Assembly: GCA_963817535.1 (NCBI GenBank)
Contig: CAWFOW010000011.1
Coordinates: 46,754-110,753, forward strand
DNA: 64,000 bases
Reading direction: 5' to 3'
DNA from: an uncultured Alphaproteobacteria bacterium
GTDB taxonomy: Bacteria; Pseudomonadota; Alphaproteobacteria; MPNO01; DASWLB01
Part shown: positions 55,974 to 64,000 of the stretch, in pieces
Layout of the letters: every line of letters begins with the position of its first letter
How positions within the stretch are numbered: position 1 is the first letter of the stretch
Made by a program: the position numbers and the translations under genes
The notes under the pieces: generated by a model
The model's input: only the letters and a program-made list of their open reading frames with translations
Told to the model about the DNA's origin: nothing
Databases searched by the model: none

Positions 55974-57017
55974 ATGAAGTTCGGATTGTTCGACCACGTC
56001 GACCGCTCGACCCTGCCGCTCGCGGAGCAGTTCGACAAGCGCCTGGAATTCATCGCCGCGGCCGACAAGACCGACTTCTACTGCTACCACGTGGCCGAGC
56101 ATCACGCGACGCCGCTCAACATGGTGCCGGTGCCGGGCGTGTATCTCGGCGCGATCGCGCGCACGACCGAGCGCATCCGCTTGGGCCCGCTAGTCTACCT
56201 CCTGACGCTCTATTCGCCGTTGCGGCTCATAGAGGAGATCTGCATCCTCGATCATCTGTGCCACGGACGGCTCGATGTCGGGGTTGGGCGCGGCGTCTCA
56301 CCCTTCGAGCTCAACTACCACAACATCGATTTCGCGACGACGCGCGAGGTGTTTCTCGAAGCGCTCGATGCGGTGATCCATGGGCTCACTCACGACACGC
56401 TCGAGCACGAGGGCAAGCATTTCAGCTACAAGAACGTGCCGATGGAATTGCGCCCCCTCCAGGCGCCTCACCCGCCCATCTGGTATCCGTCCTCTGGGGC
56501 CGAGAGCTCGGCCTTCATTGGCGCAGCCGGTTATCACTACTCCACGCTAGGCACGGTCGAGGCGGCGAGAAAATGCGTCGACGCCTACAAGGCCGCCTAT
56601 GCCAAGCGCGGCGGTGCGTCAGGCGCGGCGACCGGGTTTCCAGGCGGCCCGGCGATCGGCGTGAACCGGCATGTCGTGGTTGCCGAGACCGATGCCGCCG
56701 CGAAGCGCATCGCCGAGCCGGCCTATGACGCGTGGTACGCCAGCCTGACCAAGCTGTGGCGCGAGAATAAGGTGCAGGGTCCTGCCATCACCCGCGACAC
56801 CGTCTCGCATCTTGACGAGGCGATGAAGGGTGGCTCGTTCATCGTGGGCTCGCCGTCCACGGTGCGCGCAGAGATCGAGCGCCAGGTGGCGGCGATCGGC
56901 GTCAACTATTTCGTCTGCGGCATGTATTTCGGCACGATGGCGCACGGCGACGCGATGCAGTCGCTCGCCCTCTTTGCCGACGAGGTAATGCCGCACTTCA
57001 GCCGGGTCGCAGCCTGA
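55974..57017 (+). CDS. LLM-class (luciferase-like) flavin-dependent oxidoreductase
   Basis: MKFGLFDH..., TIM-barrel LLM blocks (LDHLCHGRLDVGVGRG). Confidence 0.8.
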   Translation: MKFGLFDHVDRSTLPLAEQFDKRLEFIAAADKTDFYCYHVAEHHATPLNMVPVPGVYLGAIARTTERIRLGPLVYLLTLYSPLRLIEEICILDHLCHGRLDVGVGRGVSPFELNYHNIDFATTREVFLEALDAVIHGLTHDTLEHEGKHFSYKNVPMELRPLQAPHPPIWYPSSGAESSAFIGAAGYHYSTLGTVEAARKCVDAYKAAYAKRGGASGAATGFPGGPAIGVNRHVVVAETDAAAKRIAEPAYDAWYASLTKLWRENKVQGPAITRDTVSHLDEAMKGGSFIVGSPSTVRAEIERQVAAIGVNYFVCGMYFGTMAHGDAMQSLALFADEVMPHFSRVAA

Positions 57018-57039
57018 CCGGTCGCGCCGCGCAGCCACG

Positions 57040-58794
57040 CTACTCCGAACGTTCGACCTTGCCTTCCGGTGTGACTTGAACGCCGTAGTCCCGCGTCGCC
57101 GCTTCCGGCGACACGTAGCCGCGCCGCACGTCGCGCGCCACCTCCTCGACGGGGCGATCTCTCGCGGGGCCATACCCGCCGCCGCCGCCGGTCTCGACCA
57201 GCACCAGGTCGCCTGGGCGCAGGACCAGGTCGTCGGTCTTGTTGGCAAGGATCGGCGCGCCGCCTTCGGCGCGGTGCACTTCGACACGGCCGGTCGCGCC
57301 GGGTCCCCCGCCGAGCACGCCCCAGGGCGGGCATCCCGTGCGGTCGACATTGGTCCGGAGCACGCATTCGGCCAGCATGCGGTAGCGCTTGACGAAGCCG
57401 AGCCCGCCGCGAAACCGGCCGGCGCCGCCGGAATCGGCACGCAGGGACAGCTCCTCGTAGCGGTAGGGATAGATCGTCTCCTGCAGTTCCATCGGGATGA
57501 TGCGCGTGTCCCCATGCGCCATGCTGCGGAACGGGCCCGCCCCGTCACGCGCGGCGCAGGCGCCCCAGCCGCCGTGGCCCGAGTCGTGGCAGTTGAACGG
57601 ACGCCCGTTGGGCAGGCGCCCGGCGAAACCCACCGAGGAGTAGGTGCCGAAATGCGCGCCCGTCACCCGTTCGGGCAGCGCCTTTTCCATCGCCTTGATG
57701 AAGGTGTCGACGATGGTCGGGAAGGGGGTGCCGTACATGCCCATCGGCGCCGTCGGCTTGGCGCTGACGATCTTGCCTGGCGGCAGGACGAGCTTCAGCG
57801 GGCGGAACGTGCCTTCATTGGCGGGCTCGCCCGAGGCGATCAGGTACATGAACGCGACGCGCGCCGTGGTGACACCGCCGCCGTGATGGCCGGAATTGAT
57901 GCAGCCCTCGACCTCGGGCGGCATGTCCGAGTAGTCGATCGTCATATCGTCGCCGGCGACGATCACCTTCACCCTGATCGGGATGCGAATCTCGTGCACC
58001 CCGTCATTGTCGAGGAACGCCTCGGCCTCGTAAGTGCCGTCGGGAATGGCGCGGATGCGATCTCGGACCGCGGCCTCGCACTGGTCGAGGATCAGGTTCA
58101 CTGCCGAATGATAGGTGTCGAGCCCGAATTTGTCGGCGAGCCGCGCGGTCAGATCACGCCCCAGCAGGCAGCCGGAAAGCTGCGCCTCGATGTCGCCCAT
58201 CAGCTCCTGCGGGAAGCGCGTGTTGTCCTCGATGATGCGGTAGATCTCCTCGATCGGTTCGCCCTTCGACCAGATCTTGATGGTGCGGTACTGGATCCCC
58301 TCCATGAAGATGTCGGTGGAGGAGTACGAGGCCGAGCCGACAGCCGCGCCGCCGATGTCGATCCAGTGCACGTTGATGGCGAAGAAGCCGATCAGGGTCG
58401 TGCCGTCCGGGCCGGCATAGATCGGCGTGTACATCACCGTGTTGTTCAGATGCTGGCCCTGCACCGACGGCGCATTGCAAACGACGACGTCGCCCTTGTG
58501 CAGCCGTTCCTTGCCATAAATCTTCAACCCGTCACGCACAGCGCTTCCCACGGCGTCGGCGACGAAGATCGGCATGCCCCCATTGCATTGCGCGATCAGC
58601 CGCCCGTCCGCGTCGGTCATGCCGACGGCGTAGTCCTTGTATTCGTAGATATAGGGGCTGAACGCCGTCCGGGTGATGTTGGCGTCGATCTGATCGGTGA
58701 TCGAGACGATGCCGTGGCGGATCACTTCGAGCGTGATCGGATCGATCGCCGCCGCTTCAGCGGCAGCAGGCGGGCGAAGCTGGGTTGTCGCCAT
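57040..58794 (-). CDS. Hydantoinase B / oxoprolinase family protein (HyuB)
   Basis: 584 aa. HyuB blocks (GDVVVCNAPSVQGQHLNN..., GGYGP...). Confidence 0.85.
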   Translation of the reverse strand: MATTQLRPPAAAEAAAIDPITLEVIRHGIVSITDQIDANITRTAFSPYIYEYKDYAVGMTDADGRLIAQCNGGMPIFVADAVGSAVRDGLKIYGKERLHKGDVVVCNAPSVQGQHLNNTVMYTPIYAGPDGTTLIGFFAINVHWIDIGGAAVGSASYSSTDIFMEGIQYRTIKIWSKGEPIEEIYRIIEDNTRFPQELMGDIEAQLSGCLLGRDLTARLADKFGLDTYHSAVNLILDQCEAAVRDRIRAIPDGTYEAEAFLDNDGVHEIRIPIRVKVIVAGDDMTIDYSDMPPEVEGCINSGHHGGGVTTARVAFMYLIASGEPANEGTFRPLKLVLPPGKIVSAKPTAPMGMYGTPFPTIVDTFIKAMEKALPERVTGAHFGTYSSVGFAGRLPNGRPFNCHDSGHGGWGACAARDGAGPFRSMAHGDTRIIPMELQETIYPYRYEELSLRADSGGAGRFRGGLGFVKRYRMLAECVLRTNVDRTGCPPWGVLGGGPGATGRVEVHRAEGGAPILANKTDDLVLRPGDLVLVETGGGGGYGPARDRPVEEVARDVRRGYVSPEAATRDYGVQVTPEGKVERSE

Positions 58795-58810
58795 GGCGGA
58801 ACTCCCGGAC

Positions 58811-60868
58811 CTAGCTGCTGGGGGTGCAGTATACGCGGATCTCGCCCAGCGCGCCGATCTCGAACCGGTCGCCGGGCCAGACCACCGTGGTCGAGCCGTA
58901 CTCCTCGATGATCGCGGGGCCGGCGGCGGCGAAGCCGGGGGCGAGGGCGAAGCGGTCATAGACCCTTGTCTCGACCATCCCGCCGGCATCGGCGAAATAG
59001 ACCGGGCGCGTGCCACGATCGCCGCCGCCCGCGGCAAGCGCTCGGGTCAGCCGGCCGAGATCGGGCCGGTCGAATCGGGCCGCCGTCGACAGATGCAGCG
59101 CCTGCACCTCGACCGCGGCCTTCGAATCGGCATGTCCGTAACGGCGCTGATAGTCGCGGTCGAACGCGGCGCGGATCGCGCCGGCATCGGCAAGGCCTGT
59201 AATCGGCACCTTGATGTTGTGGCGTTGGCCGCGATAGCGCATCTCCGCGGCGCGCTCGAACAAGACCTCGTCGTTGCCGATTTCGCGCCGGATGGCATCC
59301 TGCGACTGCGCCTCCATCTGCTCGAACTCGATGGCCATGGTCGCAATGGTCGGATCGTCGAGCACACCCACGTAGGTTTTTGAGGTGTCGAGCCGCGCGT
59401 CTGCCATCAGCATCCCCGACGCCGAGAAGTTGCCCGGCTCGGGCGGGATCACCACCATCGGGATGGCGAGCTCGCGCGCCAGGGCTGAGGCGTGCAACGG
59501 CCCGCCACCGCCATAGCTGAACAGCACGAAGTCGCGCGGGTCGCGCCCGTGCTCCACCGTCTGGCGTCGTATGGCGCCAGCCATGATGATCGTCGCGATC
59601 GAGACGATGCCGTCGGCCATGGCGACCGCCCCGCCGGCGCCCGTATAGCCGAGCGGCGTGCCGACGCGGTCGAGGATCGCTTTCTCCGCAGACGCGCGGT
59701 CGAGCGTGAGTTCGCCGCCGAGGAATCTCGCCGGGTCGAGCCGGCCGAGCACGAGGTTCGCATCGGTCACGGTCGGCTCCGTCCCGCCACGCCCGTAGCA
59801 GACGGGGCCGGGGGTCGAGCCGGCCGAGCGCGGCCCCACATGCAGCCGGTTCTGCCCATCGAGCCAGGCGATCGATCCGCCGCCCGACCCGACCTCGATG
59901 ATGTCGATCACCGCCGCCTTGATCGGGTATCCCTGCACATAGCCGCCGGCGAAGTAGATGGAATCGACCGAGAAACGCCCGTCCTCGACCAGCGCGCATT
60001 TTGCCGTCGTGCCGCCCATGTCGAACGAGATCACGTTCGCGAAGCCGAGTGCCTCCGCGTAAGCGGCGGCGCCGATGCAACCGCCGATGGGGCCCGACTC
60101 GACCAGCGCGATAGGTTGCCGCACCGCGCGCTCGGCGGACAGCACACCGCCATTCGAGCCCATCATGAACAGTGAGCCCTCAAACCCGTCGTCGCGCAGC
60201 GCGCGATCGAGCCGGCCGACATATCCGGAGACCAACGGCCCGACGAAGGCATTCGCCGCCACCGTCGAGGTGCGCTCATACTCGTACCACTCGCGCGAGA
60301 GCTCCGTGCCGTGCGTGACGTACACGTCGGGCAGGAGCCGGGTCAGAAGTTCGGCCGCGCGCTCTTCATGCGCGGGATTTGCATAGGAGTTCATGAAGGA
60401 AAGCGCGATGGCTTCGACGTTCTCGGCCGCAAGAACATCGGCCAGCTTTGCGATCCCTGCTTCATCGAGCGGCGCGAGTTCCGCCCCATCGGAGCCCACG
60501 CGCTCCGCCACTTCGTAGCGCAGTTCGCGGGGGATCAACGGCTCGTCGCGCTGGTAGTGCAGGTCGAACGGGTCCGGCCGGTTGCCGCGCGCGATTTCGA
60601 GCACGTCGCGGAAACCCTCGGTTGCGATCAGCGCGGCCTTGGCGCCCTGGCGCTGGATCAACGCGTTGATCACCAGGGTCGTGCCGTGATTGACGAAGCG
60701 CACCTTGGATGGGTCGGTGCGCGCCTTGCGCAGGCAATCGGCAATGCCGGCAACGAAATTGTCGTAGGTCGTCGGGCTCTTCGTGTAGCGGACATCGCCC
60801 GTTTCGTGGTCGAACGCGACGAGGTCGGTGAACGTGCCGCCGATATCGACGGCAATGACGTAAGCCAT
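58811..60868 (-). CDS. Hydantoinase A / oxoprolinase family protein (HyuA)
   Basis: 685 aa. MAYVIAVDIGGTFTDLV, IISFDMGGTTAKCALV ATPase folds. Confidence 0.85.
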   Translation of the reverse strand: MAYVIAVDIGGTFTDLVAFDHETGDVRYTKSPTTYDNFVAGIADCLRKARTDPSKVRFVNHGTTLVINALIQRQGAKAALIATEGFRDVLEIARGNRPDPFDLHYQRDEPLIPRELRYEVAERVGSDGAELAPLDEAGIAKLADVLAAENVEAIALSFMNSYANPAHEERAAELLTRLLPDVYVTHGTELSREWYEYERTSTVAANAFVGPLVSGYVGRLDRALRDDGFEGSLFMMGSNGGVLSAERAVRQPIALVESGPIGGCIGAAAYAEALGFANVISFDMGGTTAKCALVEDGRFSVDSIYFAGGYVQGYPIKAAVIDIIEVGSGGGSIAWLDGQNRLHVGPRSAGSTPGPVCYGRGGTEPTVTDANLVLGRLDPARFLGGELTLDRASAEKAILDRVGTPLGYTGAGGAVAMADGIVSIATIIMAGAIRRQTVEHGRDPRDFVLFSYGGGGPLHASALARELAIPMVVIPPEPGNFSASGMLMADARLDTSKTYVGVLDDPTIATMAIEFEQMEAQSQDAIRREIGNDEVLFERAAEMRYRGQRHNIKVPITGLADAGAIRAAFDRDYQRRYGHADSKAAVEVQALHLSTAARFDRPDLGRLTRALAAGGGDRGTRPVYFADAGGMVETRVYDRFALAPGFAAAGPAIIEEYGSTTVVWPGDRFEIGALGEIRVYCTPSS

Positions 60869-61014
60869 GCGGGGTGGGCCTTCTCTTCAAACAGGCGGAG
60901 GCGGGCGCGCTCGACACGCCCTCGGGGTGCAGCTAGTATCTTTACCGATTTCAGCGCGTTTCGCTTGCGCAGGCAACACCCGAGCCGGCCGACCGCGCCA
61001 CAAAACCAATCGTC

Positions 61015-62127
61015 ATGCGGGAGGGAACCATCGTGACATACAGCATTCGAGTACGGCCGCTTTGGGCGGTTGCCGCGTTCGCCGTCTTTGTCGGCGCCGC
61101 GTCGCTGCCAGCTGCGGCTGCGGACATGACGCCGGAATTGCAGAAAGTGATCGCGGGTGCCAAGGCGGAGGGTTCGTTGCACCTGTCCTACGCGAGCAAC
61201 ATCCTGGGTGGTGCGGATGGCGCGCGGCTCGCGGCGAAAGCGATCAAAGAGAAGTACGGCGTATCGCTCGACATCAACTTTACGCCGGGCCCGTCCTTCG
61301 CGCAGATGGCGACGAAGCTGTATACGGAAATGCAGGCCCAGCAGAAGGCTTCGACCGACGTCTATAACGGTACCGCGGTGCAGGTTTCGCCCTATCTGTC
61401 GCGCGGCCTGTGGCGTTCGATCGAATGGACAAAGCTCTATCCGGGTCGCATCACAGCCGAGATCGCCGAGGCCGATGGCCGCGCGCTCCGGGTGGTGACC
61501 TCGCTTTCGGGGGTTCTCTACAATAAGAACACCGCGCCCGAATTCGGCAAGATCGTCACGATGAACGACCTCTTGAAGCCGCAGTACAAGGGCAAGGTCT
61601 TTACGACGCCCTACCTCGCCGGCTTCGACGTTCTGCTCGCGGACGACGTATGGGGCTACGACAAGACGCTGGCCTACGTGCAAAAGCTGTCGAAGCAGGT
61701 TGGCGGTCTGATGCCGTGTGCGGCTACCGACCGTATCGCGTCGGGCGAGGTTCCCGGCCTCGCAATCGACTGCAGCGGTAGCGAAGAGAACACGGCGAAA
61801 TACAAGAACGTCCTCGGTCACGTGATCATTCACGATGCAGCGATGCGGCGCTACAATTACCTGTGTATCCCGAAGAACGCCGAACACCCGAACGCGGCCA
61901 TCCTGTTTGGGCTCTACGCGTCGTCACCCGAAGGGCAGAGGGACATGGCGTTCGGCCTGTTCGGCGCCGATCTCGATACCTATCCGGAAGCCCAGACGCA
62001 CGCGCGCGTGGCGGCCCTCCAGAAGGTGGGGGTGAAGTTCACGGATGTCACGATCGACTGGTGGACGTCGCAGAAGAACGTCGGCGCCAACCTCAAGAAG
62101 CTGACCGCCATCATTCGCAAACGATAG
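61015..62127 (+). CDS. ABC transporter periplasmic substrate-binding protein (iron(III)/family-1 type)
   Basis: Signal peptide ...PLWAVAAFAVFVGAASLPAAAA. SBP_bac_1-like. Confidence 0.7.
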   Translation: MREGTIVTYSIRVRPLWAVAAFAVFVGAASLPAAAADMTPELQKVIAGAKAEGSLHLSYASNILGGADGARLAAKAIKEKYGVSLDINFTPGPSFAQMATKLYTEMQAQQKASTDVYNGTAVQVSPYLSRGLWRSIEWTKLYPGRITAEIAEADGRALRVVTSLSGVLYNKNTAPEFGKIVTMNDLLKPQYKGKVFTTPYLAGFDVLLADDVWGYDKTLAYVQKLSKQVGGLMPCAATDRIASGEVPGLAIDCSGSEENTAKYKNVLGHVIIHDAAMRRYNYLCIPKNAEHPNAAILFGLYASSPEGQRDMAFGLFGADLDTYPEAQTHARVAALQKVGVKFTDVTIDWWTSQKNVGANLKKLTAIIRKR

Positions 62128-62197
62128 GCGGACGCCGCCGTTCCGTCCCGGAGCCTTCGCGGGCTCCGGGCACGGATGGCGCAAACGACAGCGACGC

Positions 62198-63949
62198 ATG
62201 GTGAGTATCGCCGATCGTCCGGCGCGGGGCGCCGCACGGGCCAGCCGCCGCGAATGGCTGCCGTCGCTGTTCGTCGGGCTCGCCGTCCTGGTGAGCATCA
62301 CCGTGGCCGCGCTTCTCGCCGTGGTCATCTGGCTCAGCTTCGTCGAGGGCACGCCGGGCGACGCCCAGCTCATCTATACGCTCCAGCATTATCGCGAGAT
62401 ATTCCTCGACAGCTTCACCTATCGGGTGATCGGCAACACTATTCTGTTCTCGACGATTACGCTCGCAGTGGCGCTCAGCCTCGGCCTGCCGATGGCCTAC
62501 CTCATCGAGCGCACCGACTTCCCGGCCAAGCGTCTCGTCTTCACGCTTCTGACCGTCGCTCTGCTCATTCCGGCTTACGCGGTGGCGATGGGATGGGTGT
62601 TCCTGCTCAATCCGCGCATCGGACTGATCAACACCGCGCTGCGCCAGGTCTTCGGGCTGGCCAACTCTCCCTTCAATATCTCGACGATATTGGGCATGGG
62701 AATCGTCGAGGGGCTGAGCCTCACGCCGGTCACCTTCGTGATGACGGCGATCGTGTTCCGTTCGATGGACGCCTCGCTCGAGGAGGCGTCGCGAATGTCC
62801 GGCGCGACGATCGGGCAGACGCTTCGGCGGGTTACCTTGCCGGTCGCGTGGCCGGGAATCCTGGCCGCGAGCATCTACGTCTTCACGATCGGTTTCGCAG
62901 CGTTCGACGTGCCCGCGATCATCGGGCTCTCGAGCCGCATCTTCACGTTTTCGACCTATGTCTATCTTCAGGTGAGCCCGACCGAGGGCCTGCCACAATA
63001 TGGCGGCGTGGCCGCGCTCAGCGTGTTCATGGTCGCGCTCGCGATCGTCCTGAGCTGGTGGTACGGGCGCGTCCAGAGGCGCGCGCCGCAATTCGCCGTG
63101 ATCACCGGCAAGAATTATCGGCCCAGCCAGATCCGGCTGGGCCGCCTGAAATGGGTCGCGGTCGCATTCGTTGCGATCTATTTCCTGTTCAGCCAGGTTC
63201 TCCCCGTCCTCACCTTGATCTGGTCGGCCGGGCTTCCGTTCCTTCAGCCCGTCAGCGCGGCGGCCTTCGAAAGCCTGTCCTTCACGAATTTCCGCGCCTT
63301 GCCACAGGGGCTGGTGCTGAACGGACTGCGCAACACCGTCGGACTCATGCTCATCGTGCCGACGATCACGGTGACGCTCAGCGTGGCGGTCTCGTGGGTC
63401 GTGCTGCGCTCGCGCCTCCGTTTCCGCGCGCTGTTCGACTTCTTCGCCTTCCTGCCGCATACCGTGCCCGCCATCGTGTTCAGTGTCGCGGCGTGGCTTC
63501 TCGCGCTGTTCGTGCTACAGGGCACGGTCCCGATCTACGGCACCATCTGGATCCTAGTTCTGGTCTACGTCGTCGCCACGATCAGCTACGGCTCGCGCAT
63601 GACCAACAGCGCGATGATCCAGATCCATAGCGAGCTTGAGGAATCCGCGCGGGTCAGCGGTGCCGGACTCGGCGGCATCATGCGCTCGATCGTCGTGCCG
63701 CTGCTCGGCCCGGCGATGATGTATGCCTGGATCTGGATCGCGCTGCTTGCCTATCGCGAGCTGACCCTGCCGGTCGTGCTGTCGACCAGCGACAACCAGC
63801 CGCTCTCGGTCGTCGTCTGGAGCCTCGTCCTCAGCTCTTCCTACGGCCAGGGATCGGCCGTCGCCGTCGGGATGCTGGTGCTGCTGATCCCGATCCTGGG
63901 GCTCTACTGGAGCGTCGCGCGCCGGACCGGGATCGTGCCGCAGGGCTGA
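62198..63949 (+). CDS. ABC transporter permease, fused two-domain (iron(III)-type, FbpB-like)
   Basis: 583 aa with two repeated six-TM permease modules, each with an EAA loop. Confidence 0.8.
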   Translation: MVSIADRPARGAARASRREWLPSLFVGLAVLVSITVAALLAVVIWLSFVEGTPGDAQLIYTLQHYREIFLDSFTYRVIGNTILFSTITLAVALSLGLPMAYLIERTDFPAKRLVFTLLTVALLIPAYAVAMGWVFLLNPRIGLINTALRQVFGLANSPFNISTILGMGIVEGLSLTPVTFVMTAIVFRSMDASLEEASRMSGATIGQTLRRVTLPVAWPGILAASIYVFTIGFAAFDVPAIIGLSSRIFTFSTYVYLQVSPTEGLPQYGGVAALSVFMVALAIVLSWWYGRVQRRAPQFAVITGKNYRPSQIRLGRLKWVAVAFVAIYFLFSQVLPVLTLIWSAGLPFLQPVSAAAFESLSFTNFRALPQGLVLNGLRNTVGLMLIVPTITVTLSVAVSWVVLRSRLRFRALFDFFAFLPHTVPAIVFSVAAWLLALFVLQGTVPIYGTIWILVLVYVVATISYGSRMTNSAMIQIHSELEESARVSGAGLGGIMRSIVVPLLGPAMMYAWIWIALLAYRELTLPVVLSTSDNQPLSVVVWSLVLSSSYGQGSAVAVGMLVLLIPILGLYWSVARRTGIVPQG

Positions 63950-63959
63950 CGCCGCGAGC

Positions 63960-64000
63960 CGGCTCAGTGCCGCTCGGCGACGTCGATCAGCGTTCCATCG
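63960..64000 (-). CDS. 3' end of an unidentified minus-strand gene running off the window
   Basis: Stop codon TGA at 63960 on the minus strand. Only ~13 codons visible. Confidence 0.3.

Noticed and set aside
1-64000. CRISPR arrays, tRNA or rRNA genes
   Set aside because: No regularly spaced direct repeats, cloverleaf-like conserved tRNA blocks or rRNA-like stretches were seen; the window is essentially all protein-coding

Overview
This is a high-GC bacterial window with proteobacterial-type gene organisation, resembling an alpha- or beta-proteobacterial catabolic island. It is gene-dense on both strands, with no rRNA, tRNA or CRISPR array. I recognise about 60 protein genes. (1) 1714-10854 is a translationally coupled string: MarR, an aryl/acyl-CoA ligase, RidA, a complete NitT/TauT-type ABC importer, an amidohydrolase, a 156-aa hypothetical, and a DDAH/amidinotransferase-fold enzyme whose first ~100 nt are AT-rich. 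(2) 11997-15342 is a minus-strand tricistronic Dlt-like module: a stand-alone NRPS-type adenylation enzyme, a DltB-like MBOAT membrane O-acyltransferase, and a small DltC-like carrier protein. The carrier has TTG Leu exactly where the phosphopantetheinyl Ser (TCG) is expected. No DltD is present. A fatty-acid-desaturase-family gene converges on the module, and an IS5 family (IS427 group) element with an A_AAA_AAG -1 frameshift site and CTAG target duplication sits about 390 bp upstream, next to an 18-bp-stem GC hairpin. (3) 16712-24625 has two paralogous pairs, each a secreted NMT1-like SBP next to a TAXI-like SBP-fold protein with no signal peptide. The pairs lie on opposite strands and bracket an orphan DctP-like SBP, an ACAD-fold flavin monooxygenase and a salicylate-hydroxylase-like FAD monooxygenase. 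No ABC or TRAP membrane component is present. (4) 24731-49182 is a large aromatic/CoA-dependent catabolic region. It holds IclR, GntR and MarR regulators, AMP-ligases, SCP-x-type thiolases with a DUF35 partner, a double-hotdog MaoC hydratase, two tandem family-III CoA-transferase genes that each carry an apparent +1 frameshift, an HpaB-family monooxygenase, a LigB-type extradiol dioxygenase, an amidohydrolase_2 (LigW/LigJ-like), Rieske oxygenases with and without beta subunit, paralogous cytoplasmic BNR beta-propeller proteins and paralogous small cupins. (5) 50331-52201 holds cbtBA cobalt-transporter genes preceded by a candidate cobalamin riboswitch and an HD-domain (MIOX-like) gene. (6) The remainder holds pgi, an SDR, a bicupin, an LLM flavin oxidoreductase, hydantoinase A/B and an iron-type ABC SBP with a fused permease. 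Seven of the nine substrate-binding proteins have no transporter partner. All coordinates for small motifs are counted by eye and may be off by 1-2 nt. All family calls come from motif recognition only, without database searches.
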